This document shows positions 9,805 through 19,072 of a DNA stretch of 59,709 bases, piece after piece. The stretch covers positions 1 through 59,709 of the IMG/VR virus record IMGVR_UViG_3300024999_000116. The stretch is one strand, 5' to 3'. The notes beneath the pieces are model-generated. The model saw only the letters and a program-made list of their open reading frames with translations, ran no database searches and was not told the DNA's origin. This DNA is from a virus. Its lineage: Duplodnaviria > Caudoviricetes. Each line of letters begins with the position of its first letter. Within the stretch, counting starts at the first letter, position 1. The position numbers were made by a program, and so were the translations under genes.

Positions 9805-9852
9805 CTAATTATCACTCCCTTTAAATTAATTATATCACAATGCAGTAAGTTA

Positions 9853-9881
9853 TTGCAATAGTGATAACATAGTGATATAAT
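9853..9881 (+). promoter_or_regulatory. sigma-A promoter of tnpB overlapping GTGATA repeats
   Basis: TTGCAA-17-TATAAT; GTGATA/TATCAC at 9810, 9833, 9861, 9872. Confidence 0.65.
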
Positions 9882-9901
9882 ATAGTAAAGGAGGTGATAG
9901 C

Positions 9902-11023
9902 TTGATAAAAACTTACAAAGTTAGACTTGAACCGAATAAAGAGCAAGAACAAAAGATGTGGCAATCTGCCGGAACCGCTAGATGGGCGTATAACTGGACG
10001 TTGGGTGTACAACAAGAGAATCGCCAAAACGGCGGTAAGTTTATTCAAGACGGTGAGTTGCGTAAAAGTTTAACTAAGTTAAAGAAAACAGAAGAATTTT
10101 GTTGGCTTAAAAAATACTCTAATAATATTACAAAACAAGCAGTTAAGGATGCTTGCAAAGCATATAAATCATTTTTTAATGGCAATAGTAAATTTCCTAA
10201 ATTTAAGAGTAAAAAGAAAAGCAGGACATCATTCTATCAAGATACATCAAATATTAAAATTAATGAAACTCATGCAAGACTAGAAAAAATAGGATGGGTA
10301 AGGTTAAGCGAAACCAATAGAATACCGCAGGGAAGATACTTTAATCCAAGGGTTACGCATGATGGAATACATTGGTTTATATCTGTTGGCGTAGAGGAAT
10401 TTCCTGTATATCCCGAACTAACCAATGAAAGTATTGGTATTGATGTAGGAATTAAGAGTCTTGCTGTAGTCAGTAACGGAATGATATTTAAAAACATTAA
10501 TAAGTCAGGCAAGGTAAAAAAAATCAAAAAGCGTTTGCGTAGGTTGCAACGTAAATGCTCACGAAAATATTATAAAAATGGAAAGGGTGTAAGTTACGAA
10601 AAGACTAGTAACATTATAAAACTTGAAAAATCAATCTTAAAAATTCACCATAAACTAAAAGACATTAAAACTGATTATATCCATAAAACTACTTCCGAGA
10701 TAGTGAAAACCAAACCTTCAAGGGTAGTTATGGAGGATTTGAATATTACAGGAATGATGAAAAATAAGTATCTATCAAAAGCTATTCAGGAACAAAGTCT
10801 ATATGAATTTCACAGGCAAATGCAGTACAAATGCGAGTGGAACGGTATAGAGTTTGTTGTAGCAGATAGGTTTTTCCCATCATCAAAACTTTGTTCGGAG
10901 TGTGGATATATTCATAGGGAATTAAAATTATCTGATAGGACTTATATCTGTCCTGCTTGTGGTAACAAGATAGATAGGGATTATCAGGCAAGTTTAAACC
11001 TATCTAAATACGAATCAGCATAA
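9902..11023 (+). CDS. tnpB: TnpB RNA-guided endonuclease (IS200/IS605/IS607 superfamily)
   Basis: N-terminal HTH_OrfB; RuvC triad intact (GIDVG, VMEDL, DRDYQAS); CSECG/CPACG zinc finger. Confidence 0.93.
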   Translation: MIKTYKVRLEPNKEQEQKMWQSAGTARWAYNWTLGVQQENRQNGGKFIQDGELRKSLTKLKKTEEFCWLKKYSNNITKQAVKDACKAYKSFFNGNSKFPKFKSKKKSRTSFYQDTSNIKINETHARLEKIGWVRLSETNRIPQGRYFNPRVTHDGIHWFISVGVEEFPVYPELTNESIGIDVGIKSLAVVSNGMIFKNINKSGKVKKIKKRLRRLQRKCSRKYYKNGKGVSYEKTSNIIKLEKSILKIHHKLKDIKTDYIHKTTSEIVKTKPSRVVMEDLNITGMMKNKYLSKAIQEQSLYEFHRQMQYKCEWNGIEFVVADRFFPSSKLCSECGYIHRELKLSDRTYICPACGNKIDRDYQASLNLSKYESA

Positions 11024-11187
11024 AACCAATTTTAAAGGTTATGCCGATATGTACCCATAGTTAGTGGGGATTTTAAGCCTTTGGATTGCTACATCAAACA
11101 CGATTAGGATTAATCCGAAAGTGGGCAGGATGAATAAGGAAGAAAACTTTATATGTTTTTGTAACGGATAGGGTATGTGACGATGCT
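11024..11187 (+). ncRNA. Putative TnpB omega-RNA: scaffold ending ...GTAACGG (11167) plus flanking guide
   Basis: Non-coding tail tatgtacccatagttagtgggattttaagcc..gatgaataaggaag..tttttgtaacgg resembles Clostridial tnpB right ends. Boundaries are approximate. Confidence 0.6.
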
Positions 11188-11246
11188 TTGGGCATTTAAA
11201 CTATCCCTATTTTTATTGCCTAAATTTATGAAAGGAGGTGTTAAGC

Positions 11247-11393
11247 GTGGCTAAAAATCTCGACAAAGCAATGCCGTGCAGCGGTACTTTTACCTATGGT
11301 AATACCGGAAGTCGGCAGGCAGATGTAACTCGCGTCATAAAAGGCGGCGATCTGCGTTCACGTCCCGGCAAAAACAACGGTGCTGTTAAATAG
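11247..11393 (+). CDS. Small hypothetical head-region protein
   Basis: AAGGAGGTG RBS, GTG start, 48 aa ending KGGDLRSRPGKNNGAVK. Confidence 0.55.
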   Translation: MAKNLDKAMPCSGTFTYGNTGSRQADVTRVIKGGDLRSRPGKNNGAVK

Positions 11394-11530
11394 TTAAAGC
11401 AGGTTTTACCCTGCTTTTCTATTTTCTACATAACATCGTTCCGCTTTAGGGTGACGGTTGGAAATAGACAACGGACACGCCGGATAGACGGTGAATATAT
11501 CGCTGGCGAGCGTAAACGTGGGGTGTAAAT

Positions 11531-12364
11531 ATGGAAGATCAGGTATTGGAAACAGGAACAGAGGAAGTCGTTTCACCTCAAACAGATATTGATACTAACG
11601 AACAAACCGATACCGGAAACGAATCCGGCACTCAGCAAATGAGTGATGCTGAAGTCGTTGAGCAGCAGAAACAGAAGCAGACACAGGAACAAAACAGGGC
11701 ATTTGCTCAGATGCGTAGGGAAGCACAAGAGGCCAAGCGCAAGGCAGATGAACTTGAACAGTGGAAACGTGACTTTGAGCAAAAAAACAACGAACAAAAA
11801 CAGAAACAGTTGAAGGCAGACATGGACGCTCAGAGAGAAAAACTTGCCGCTGAATTAGAGGAACAGGGATTTCCTGTTAGTCAGATTAACAAATATCTGA
11901 TGATGGACCCTGCTTTTCAGCAGATGCAGGCAGAGTTAAACGCCAATAAGCAGCAGTTAGAACAGGAGAGATACCTGAGAAACAGTCAGGCGGCAGAACA
12001 GCAGGTCAGGAAGGACCACGCTTATCTGAAGGGTAAATACGGCGACATTGTGCCGGAATTAGATAGTATTGACCAAGCAACCGTTGACTTGGTGTATGGC
12101 GGTATGCCGCTTAAATCGGCATGGTTAACTGCTAACGAAGATGTTATTGCCGAAGCGTTGCAGAAAAAGGCGGCGCAGAAGGTTATTAAGCAGGTGGGAA
12201 GTAAGGCACACTTGGGTACTGAGAAGTCGAATGATAATACGGATTTGGGTACTCAGGTTAGTTTGACACCGGAACAGATGCAGGTATATAGGGATACTTT
12301 CCCTGGTGAAACAGAAGCGCAGATTAAAAAACGTGCAGCAAAATACTCTAAGAAGTCCAAATAG
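11531..12364 (+). CDS. Capsid scaffolding protein
   Basis: Acidic N-terminus, QNRAFAQMRR coiled coil, position before capsid genes. Confidence 0.75.
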   Translation: MEDQVLETGTEEVVSPQTDIDTNEQTDTGNESGTQQMSDAEVVEQQKQKQTQEQNRAFAQMRREAQEAKRKADELEQWKRDFEQKNNEQKQKQLKADMDAQREKLAAELEEQGFPVSQINKYLMMDPAFQQMQAELNANKQQLEQERYLRNSQAAEQQVRKDHAYLKGKYGDIVPELDSIDQATVDLVYGGMPLKSAWLTANEDVIAEALQKKAAQKVIKQVGSKAHLGTEKSNDNTDLGTQVSLTPEQMQVYRDTFPGETEAQIKKRAAKYSKKSK

Positions 12365-12385
12365 TAAGAACTGGAGGTATAGTAA

Positions 12386-12811
12386 ATGAGCATGAAAGTA
12401 ATAGGTAATATGTCCACTATCGGTTATAAGTGCAGGATAATCGATCATCTTTATATGACAGATTCTGAGGCGGCAGTAGAAGGTCGCGCTTACAAGTTAT
12501 CTACTAGGAGATGGACTAAGGCGGCAACAACCGACAGGATTTATGCAATTTGTGTTAAGGCGGCAAGTGCCGGAACTGATGTATTGGGAGTTATGGAAAT
12601 TGTTAAGGCCGGAGATATTATTAGGTCTACCTACACAGGTACAGCAGATGCCGCATTTGTATCCGGGTTAGAAGCAGGTGTCCTTGATGCTAACGGCGAC
12701 AATGTGGATGCTGCAACCGTTACTGGTGGTCACATTGTTATACTCGCGAAAGATACCGTTGATGCAACCGTAGATTTTATTACAACTAAAAACTTTACAC
12801 AGGCTGACTAA
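12386..12811 (+). CDS. Capsid decoration/cement protein
   Basis: 141 aa, Ala/Gly/Thr-rich, between scaffold and major capsid. Confidence 0.55.
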   Translation: MSMKVIGNMSTIGYKCRIIDHLYMTDSEAAVEGRAYKLSTRRWTKAATTDRIYAICVKAASAGTDVLGVMEIVKAGDIIRSTYTGTADAAFVSGLEAGVLDANGDNVDAATVTGGHIVILAKDTVDATVDFITTKNFTQAD

Positions 12812-12852
12812 TTAATTAGTTAGTTTTTGTTTTAGAAATGGAGGAATATTAA

Positions 12853-13827
12853 ATGGGTGTACAAATACAAGAATCAGGTTTATTCAATAAATTGGTAGGG
12901 CTTTATGAAAATCCCATTTTGGAGTATTGGCAAGACAAATATGCTGATGCCATTAAGGACAGCATGATTGATGTTTTATTTAGTAAGGAAAAGTCCAGTA
13001 ATGCAACCGAATCAATTACTGAAATGGTTGGTGCTGTTGATTTTACCAAATGGAATGGTGAGTTCACTTATGGTAATCAGAAAGAAGGCTATGCGAAGGT
13101 GTGGACTCCCATAATTTGGCAGGCAGGTATGGCGTACAGTAGATTTTTACTTTCAAATGCTAAATTAATGGACCTGAAGAATGATCAATTTAAGTTTGCT
13201 ATCGCTGCTGCAAGATTCCGCGAGGCATGTGCCTCTGGTATATTGACTTATGCTGACCAAACAGCCGGCTACAATGTTAATGGTGAGGTTTTGGCATGGA
13301 ATAAAGTTGCTGACGGACTTCCCATTGCAAGCGCGGCGCACACAAGCGCAAACTCTTCCTTAACTCAGAGCAACCTTCACGCCCTCGAACTCAATGAGGA
13401 CAGTTTAGAAACTGTTTGTCAGGCAATGTTTGACTTAAAAGACGATTCAGGCAAAGACGCAAACCTACAACCCAACACGTTAATCGTACCTACCGCACTT
13501 CGCAAGAAGGCCATTGAACTAATTGGCGGCGAGGGAAAGGTTGATAGTTCCGACAATAACCCCAATATCTACAACGGGAGCATGAAGTTAATCGTCTATA
13601 AACAATTCCGTCGTCAAACCGGCAAGACTGGTCAGCCTTGGGCAGTTGCAGACCATGAAATGCTCCAACAATCACTCAAGCTTGTGAATAGACTTGAGAG
13701 CGGAGACGACTACGAATTAGTTTCATGGAGGGATCAAGAGCAGCAAATTTGGAAAGTTGGCGCTCTGCAATGGCTGTCTATGGGGGCTTACGACTGGAGA
13801 CCGGTACAATTTTCGATTCCGAGCTAA
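12853..13827 (+). CDS. Major capsid protein (Mu gpT-like HK97 fold)
   Basis: LNEDSL..KDDSG..LQPNTLIVPTAL..NNPN motif; position. Confidence 0.8.
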   Translation: MGVQIQESGLFNKLVGLYENPILEYWQDKYADAIKDSMIDVLFSKEKSSNATESITEMVGAVDFTKWNGEFTYGNQKEGYAKVWTPIIWQAGMAYSRFLLSNAKLMDLKNDQFKFAIAAARFREACASGILTYADQTAGYNVNGEVLAWNKVADGLPIASAAHTSANSSLTQSNLHALELNEDSLETVCQAMFDLKDDSGKDANLQPNTLIVPTALRKKAIELIGGEGKVDSSDNNPNIYNGSMKLIVYKQFRRQTGKTGQPWAVADHEMLQQSLKLVNRLESGDDYELVSWRDQEQQIWKVGALQWLSMGAYDWRPVQFSIPS

Positions 13828-13846
13828 ATTTTAAATAACATATAAC

Positions 13847-13875
13847 TTGCTAAATCCTCTAATGTGTGATATAAT
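13847..13875 (+). promoter_or_regulatory. sigma-A promoter for the inserted HNH gene
   Basis: TTGCTA-17-TGaTATAAT. Confidence 0.55.
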
Positions 13876-13904
13876 AAGCAAAATTAACACAAAGGAGGAT
13901 TTGC

Positions 13905-14726
13905 ATGTTATCTAATTGCCCCGTATGTGGTAAAGAATTCAATGCAGTTGGAGCAGCTAAATATTGTTCCAAGGATTGCAGAATGATTGCTAAGATAAGC
14001 AGGGATGGTCGTCGCAAGACTGATATTTGCCCTAACTGTCTAAAAGAATTTATCGTTTCTAGTAACAGGCAGATATTCTGCTCTAAAGAGTGTTGGACTA
14101 TTGCGAACAGGGATAAAATAAGGGCAAAAACATATAAGGCAGTAATGAAGTATCACGATAAAAAATATTTTAACGGAAATAGGGAAATAGTCTTGGAAAG
14201 AGACGGTCATAAATGTATGAGGTGTGATTCTACTGAAAACATAGGGGTTCATCATATCGACAAGACGGGCAAGAAAGATAACCCTAATCATTCACTAGAC
14301 AACCTGATAACTTTATGTAATAACTGTCATTCGCAGGAACACGTTGAGGAAAAGAAGTTACCGCGAACCGCTTTTATGACTACATGCCAATACTGCGGTA
14401 ATCAGTTTAAAACTACCCCATATAAAATAAAAATAGGTGCAGGTAAATACTGCTCTAAGGAATGTAAGGATGCAGGCATGGTTACGCTGAAGGTTACAGA
14501 AGATTTACACCCAGCAGACAAACCCAATCATTTTATGGTTAGTTGCTGTAATTGCGGAACAAAGTTTTCAGTTCCTCCTAATAGGATTAAAAGAGGTACT
14601 GCACTTTACTGTAGTAGGTCGTGTAGAACTGTAGTTGAAAATAGTAAAAGGGCAGGTAAATACAAAATAAGTAATACTGAAAATATGGGCAAGGGTAGAA
14701 AAATAAATAAACAAGCAACAAACTAG
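13905..14726 (+). CDS. HNH endonuclease with multiple Zn-finger repeats
   Basis: VLERDGHKCMRC..GVHHID..NHSLDNLITLCNNCH; repeated CxxCG..YCSKEC. Confidence 0.85.
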   Translation: MLSNCPVCGKEFNAVGAAKYCSKDCRMIAKISRDGRRKTDICPNCLKEFIVSSNRQIFCSKECWTIANRDKIRAKTYKAVMKYHDKKYFNGNREIVLERDGHKCMRCDSTENIGVHHIDKTGKKDNPNHSLDNLITLCNNCHSQEHVEEKKLPRTAFMTTCQYCGNQFKTTPYKIKIGAGKYCSKECKDAGMVTLKVTEDLHPADKPNHFMVSCCNCGTKFSVPPNRIKRGTALYCSRSCRTVVENSKRAGKYKISNTENMGKGRKINKQATN

Positions 14727-14769
14727 ACACCTAACGGTGTCTTTTATTTTACCCACAAGGAGGTATATC

Positions 14770-15723
14770 ATGGCAACATATTCACATAATAAAAAAGTAT
14801 GCGGCATCGAGGGTTTATACGTAGGTGCTGTAGGTTCTGAGAAAGCAGTAGTTGACGCACTCGGCAGAATGTATCTTAATTTTGAACCCGGCAGCCAATT
14901 CTTCGTTGACTCTGCCACTGGTAGCGCATCCAACGACGGTCTAACATGGGCAACAGCACTGGCAAGCATTGACTCTGCTGTAGGCAAATGTACTGCTAAT
15001 AAGGGTGACATTATCTGGGTTGCACCAGGGCATAACGAGGGCATAACTACTGCCGCCAACATCGACCTTGACGTAGCAGGAATAACTATTATCGGTTTAG
15101 GTAGCGGTTCTCTAAAACCTACAATAGACTTTGATAATACCGCCGCTAGTGTAGCGATAGGTGCTAATGATGTAACTATCAGCAATATCAGGTTCAGAAC
15201 TTCAGCTAATGCGGTAACGGTCGGACTTGACATTGAAGCAGGAAAAGACTATGCAAAAGTTTTGAACTGTGAGTTTGGATTCGCTGAAACAGCAACAGAC
15301 GAGTTTGCAATTGCCCTAAGAAATAATGCAGGTTGTGATGGAACAGTAATTGACGGTTGTTTCTTTGGCGCAGGGGCGCAGGCAGCGGTAACGGCAATAA
15401 GCATTACTGGTGCATCTGACAACGTAACTATTAAGAATTGCCGCTTTACAGGCGCACATTCTACCGCTTGCATTAACGGCATAACTACACTAAGCACTAA
15501 TCTACTCATAAAAGACAATATCATGCAGCAAGGCGCAACCGAACCCGGTATTGAGTTACTTACCGGCACTACAGGTATTATAGCGAATAACTATATTGCA
15601 ACAAACTTGGCGACTATTGCCGCTTCTATTGTTGCTGATGGTTGTTGGTTATTCGAGAATTACTACAGTGAGGTTGCCCCTGAGACTGGTGCGCTGATTG
15701 GTACTGCTTCTGTTAACGACTAA
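14770..15723 (+). CDS. Virion protein with parallel beta-helix (head fibre/decoration)
   Basis: ATG 14770 after AGGAGG; FFVDS..SNDGLTW..A.ID.AVGKCTANKGDIIWVAPGH and repeating beta-helix. Confidence 0.65.
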   Translation: MATYSHNKKVCGIEGLYVGAVGSEKAVVDALGRMYLNFEPGSQFFVDSATGSASNDGLTWATALASIDSAVGKCTANKGDIIWVAPGHNEGITTAANIDLDVAGITIIGLGSGSLKPTIDFDNTAASVAIGANDVTISNIRFRTSANAVTVGLDIEAGKDYAKVLNCEFGFAETATDEFAIALRNNAGCDGTVIDGCFFGAGAQAAVTAISITGASDNVTIKNCRFTGAHSTACINGITTLSTNLLIKDNIMQQGATEPGIELLTGTTGIIANNYIATNLATIAASIVADGCWLFENYYSEVAPETGALIGTASVND

Positions 15724-15753
15724 AAGTAGGGGTTATTTACCCCTACTTTATTT

Positions 15754-16035
15754 TTGAGGTGCTTTATGCAATACACAAAAAAACCGGAAAATTTCACCGA
15801 TACAGAGAGGTTGCTTTTAGGCATATTGGAGGAATTGCGTAAAATATCCTCACTTTTACATACACCAAAAGTAGTTGAAGCGCCCAAGAAAGATGTTGTG
15901 CGTACTGTATCGGTGAAGAAAGTTAAGTCAATAAAGAAGTATTCATGTAAAAAGTGCGGCAGGGAGTTTGATAATTCTCGTGTCCGCACTAACCACGAAA
16001 AGAAATGCAAGGGTGGTGTTAAAGATAGCAACTAA
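15754..16035 (+). CDS. Hypothetical protein with C-terminal C2H-C zinc finger
   Basis: CKKCGREF..HEKKC. Confidence 0.5.
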   Translation: MRCFMQYTKKPENFTDTERLLLGILEELRKISSLLHTPKVVEAPKKDVVRTVSVKKVKSIKKYSCKKCGREFDNSRVRTNHEKKCKGGVKDSN

Positions 16036-17011
16036 TATTCAAGGAAAAAATCCTGTCGGAGTAACGGCGGCAAATACTAACCCCGTCACTATCGGCGGTG
16101 TTAATGGTGACAATGATATAGTAGGTTTAGTCCTAAATGCCGACGGTTCAATCACCGCAAAACTAGCGGCAGGTACGGCAATTATTGGTAAGTTTATTCC
16201 TGTAGATGCTGACGGTGACGAGAAGTTTACAGATGCTAATCCTGGGAAGGTGACTGCCACACTAACTGGTAGTAGAGACGCAGGGGTACTTCATCGGTCG
16301 GCAATCGCTACCGTTGATAAAGTGCCAACCGTAACCATTACCGCCGCCGACTCAGCAACAGATGGTTCGCTTACTGCCGTTGCTCACGGTATTGGTGTCG
16401 CTCCCGGTAACTTATACGGATCGGCAGGGGTATCTGCATTGGTAACAGTTACCCCGACCGTAAATAAGTCGATAGACGTAACGATTCCACAGGCAACCGG
16501 AGCAGAGTATTATGATATTTTCCTCTCAACTTCAACAACCTCTCCCTTGTGGGTTGCAAGAGTCACTGAATCACAGAGGGCAGCAGGTTGTGCTATTACT
16601 GCGGTGGGGACTGTCGGTTTAGGAGGTAGTGCAGGCGTTGTAAATGTGCAGGTTGTTGGGACAGGAATATCCTCAGTAAGTGCCGTATTTTCTCAAAACA
16701 ACGCTTATACTCCTAGTAGTATAACTGAAATTGACTGTACTGGCAAACTTAAAGCTATTATAAACTTAAAATTAGTTGTTGCTGATTTACGCTCTGCTCC
16801 TGCTGTAAATATCATTCCTTTTTATAAAAATCAGGTATCCGGTGATTGGCATCAAGGGCAATTACTATCTTTATCCCCTTTGGCCGGGCTTGGGCAAAGT
16901 TTATACCAAACATTTGAACTCGATGTTAGTGCTGTGGAAGGATTGGTACTGCTTATTAGTCTAATTAGTGGTCAAAATGCCTCAGTGAGTATATGGGTTG
17001 ATTTGTTATGA
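15968..17011 (+). CDS. Virion fibre/structural protein
   Basis: Thr/Gly/Ala/Val-rich beta protein in the structural operon; start uncertain. Confidence 0.55.
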   Translation: MIILVSALTTKRNARVVLKIATNIQGKNPVGVTAANTNPVTIGGVNGDNDIVGLVLNADGSITAKLAAGTAIIGKFIPVDADGDEKFTDANPGKVTATLTGSRDAGVLHRSAIATVDKVPTVTITAADSATDGSLTAVAHGIGVAPGNLYGSAGVSALVTVTPTVNKSIDVTIPQATGAEYYDIFLSTSTTSPLWVARVTESQRAAGCAITAVGTVGLGGSAGVVNVQVVGTGISSVSAVFSQNNAYTPSSITEIDCTGKLKAIINLKLVVADLRSAPAVNIIPFYKNQVSGDWHQGQLLSLSPLAGLGQSLYQTFELDVSAVEGLVLLISLISGQNASVSIWVDLL

Positions 17012-17796
17012 GAACACCTATACTAAAAAAGCCTAGTTTATTAAAACCTATTTTGTTGCCTCAATTACCTAACAATTTATTATCCAATGGACTACTGCTA
17101 GAGTGGAGGTTTAATGAAGGTATTGGTCAGGTGGTCAATGATTATTCTGGTAACGGGTATCAGGGGCAACTCGGTCCCACTCCCGGTATTGATACAGGCG
17201 ACCCAGAATGGACAAGAGAGGGGCTTGTTTTAACTACAGATGATGTTGTTAAACATGATAGTGATGGTGTTTTTACCTCGAATACTGTAAAGACCATAAT
17301 CATGGTAATCAAGGATTATGTTTCTGCCGGTTTTTTACTTTCATTCGGGAATTCAACCTACCCGACTTTTAGTAATGGGTTAACCTGGCTTAACATTAGG
17401 AACCTTAGTATAGGTGGATTTAATGTTGTATACCCAACATCTGTTGGGAGTATAAACACCGGGGCAGGGGTTAGGCTAGATTTTAATAATTGGGTTTGTC
17501 TAGGAATAACTTTAACAGGTAGACCTGCAATTACTGGTGATATATCAGGAATATCTTTGTATACAAACGATGAACGTAAATACTTGACAGGTTTAACCTC
17601 TAGTGGTTCATCTCAACCCTATGAAGCCGGCGGTTTTGGTATAGGTTACTTTTATCCTAGAAATAATTCTATAGTAAGTAAATTAGCTATAGCATATTTG
17701 GCCATTTACAATCGTGTTTTAACAGAGTATGAGTATCTATTAAATTATGCAATACTACAAAAAAAATTGAGCGAAAGGGGGATATTCTTACCATGA
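17008..17796 (+). CDS. LamG/concanavalin-like domain protein
   Basis: LLLEWRFNEGIGQVVNDYSGNG..LAIYNRVLT. Confidence 0.7.
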   Translation: MRTPILKKPSLLKPILLPQLPNNLLSNGLLLEWRFNEGIGQVVNDYSGNGYQGQLGPTPGIDTGDPEWTREGLVLTTDDVVKHDSDGVFTSNTVKTIIMVIKDYVSAGFLLSFGNSTYPTFSNGLTWLNIRNLSIGGFNVVYPTSVGSINTGAGVRLDFNNWVCLGITLTGRPAITGDISGISLYTNDERKYLTGLTSSGSSQPYEAGGFGIGYFYPRNNSIVSKLAIAYLAIYNRVLTEYEYLLNYAILQKKLSERGIFLP

Positions 17797-18011
17797 TAAT
17801 AATTTTTAACTCAATAGAGGAGTTAAATGCGGTCACTTCTCCTTTGCCCTCAGGGGTATATATAGGAATACCGCTTGTCTCTTTAGATGGGAGAGTTGCA
17901 ATATCACATAGTTTTACTACCGAGGACGCTCAAGTTTTGTTCGCGGCGGGTGGTTATGAGGTGGGGAGTATCCCTGCCGATTGGCAATACCCACCGGAGG
18001 ATGAATGGTAA
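17793..18011 (+). CDS. Small hypothetical protein coupled to the LamG gene
   Basis: ATGA overlap, RBS. Confidence 0.5.
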   Translation: MIIIFNSIEELNAVTSPLPSGVYIGIPLVSLDGRVAISHSFTTEDAQVLFAAGGYEVGSIPADWQYPPEDEW

Positions 18012-18108
18012 GGTTATTAAACTAACGAAAATGCGTTTATGACATAACTGCAATACTGGATAGATATTGAGTTTGAGTTAATATTCGTGCAGTTAGTTAA
18101 ATAGTTAG

Positions 18109-18137
18109 TTGATTAAATAACTTATTCATGGTATAAT
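18109..18137 (+). promoter_or_regulatory. sigma-A promoter of the recombinase
   Basis: TTGATT-17-TGgTATAAT. Confidence 0.6.
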
Positions 18138-18171
18138 GTTCTTGTAAATAAAGGTTAGGGGGCGTTATACT

Positions 18172-19017
18172 ATGAAATTATCTTCATTATGGTCTATGTA
18201 TAAAAAAGATAAGGCAATTGCTGGATACTCAACTCATACACTAAAAGCATATGAACTACAATTCAAGTTGCTCATAAATCATATTGGAGAAGTCGATATT
18301 GATAGCATTGCTTGTGCTCAATTAAAAGACTATTTATATGCAAATATCCACCTTAAGCCTGCTAGTTTGGGGCATAGGGTAAGATTTATGAGGTCATTTT
18401 TTAAATGGGCAAATAGCGAGGGTTATTCTACTAATAATCCGGCGGAAAAAATAAAAGAACCAAAGGTTAAGGATAAAACTCCTAAATATTTATCGGATGA
18501 AGAAGTATCTAAACTTATTAATTCATGCGAAACTCCATTAGAAGAGACAATATTATGGTTTCTATACTCTACCGGTTGTAGAATCGGCGAAATATCAAAA
18601 ATAGATAAATGCGATATAAATTGGGATAATAACTCTATAATAGTTGCAGGAAAGGGAGGTAAGTCGAGGACTGTTTATTTTGATGATAAATGCAAAGACA
18701 TATTAAGTAAATATCTTAATTCCAGAAATGACACAGAACGAGCATTAATATCAACAGAAAGAGTGCCGCATAGAATGAGTGTTGCTCAAATAAGGTGTAT
18801 ATTAAAAAGAATATCTTTACGGTCAGGCATAACTAATAATATATATCCCCACAAACTAAGACACTCATACGCAACACATTTACTTAATAACGGTGCTCCG
18901 ATAGAAGCAATTAGAGAGTTGCTAGGTCATTGCAATATTGATAGCACATTAATTTATGCTAGACTAACGGAGCAGGGCAAGAAGAATATTTACAATAAAT
19001 GCTTTAATAACCACTAA
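18172..19017 (+). CDS. Tyrosine recombinase (XerD-like)
   Basis: TGCRIGE, GKGGK, HKLRH, LLGH, TLIY: complete catalytic set; no arm-binding domain. Confidence 0.92.
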   Translation: MKLSSLWSMYKKDKAIAGYSTHTLKAYELQFKLLINHIGEVDIDSIACAQLKDYLYANIHLKPASLGHRVRFMRSFFKWANSEGYSTNNPAEKIKEPKVKDKTPKYLSDEEVSKLINSCETPLEETILWFLYSTGCRIGEISKIDKCDINWDNNSIIVAGKGGKSRTVYFDDKCKDILSKYLNSRNDTERALISTERVPHRMSVAQIRCILKRISLRSGITNNIYPHKLRHSYATHLLNNGAPIEAIRELLGHCNIDSTLIYARLTEQGKKNIYNKCFNNH

Positions 19018-19037
19018 TTTAGTGGTTATTTTATTTT
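19007..19037 (+). terminator. Intrinsic terminator
   Basis: aataaccacta-att-tagtggttatt followed by T-run. Confidence 0.6.
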
Positions 19038-19072
19038 AGGTAGGTCCCATTTTACATAAAGCAGGTGATCTA

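Noticed and set aside
9902-11023. Cas12f or nuclease-dead TldR
   Set aside because: No CRISPR array nearby, and all three RuvC acidic residues are present.
14568-15569. Long minus-strand ORFs opposite structural genes (also 24604-25179, 47404-48042)
   Set aside because: Antisense shadows of well-supported plus-strand genes, with no RBS or motifs.
18172-19017. Canonical prophage integrase with attP
   Set aside because: Short Xer-like protein without an arm-binding domain, in the structural module; no att core or host junction seen. Not fully excluded.
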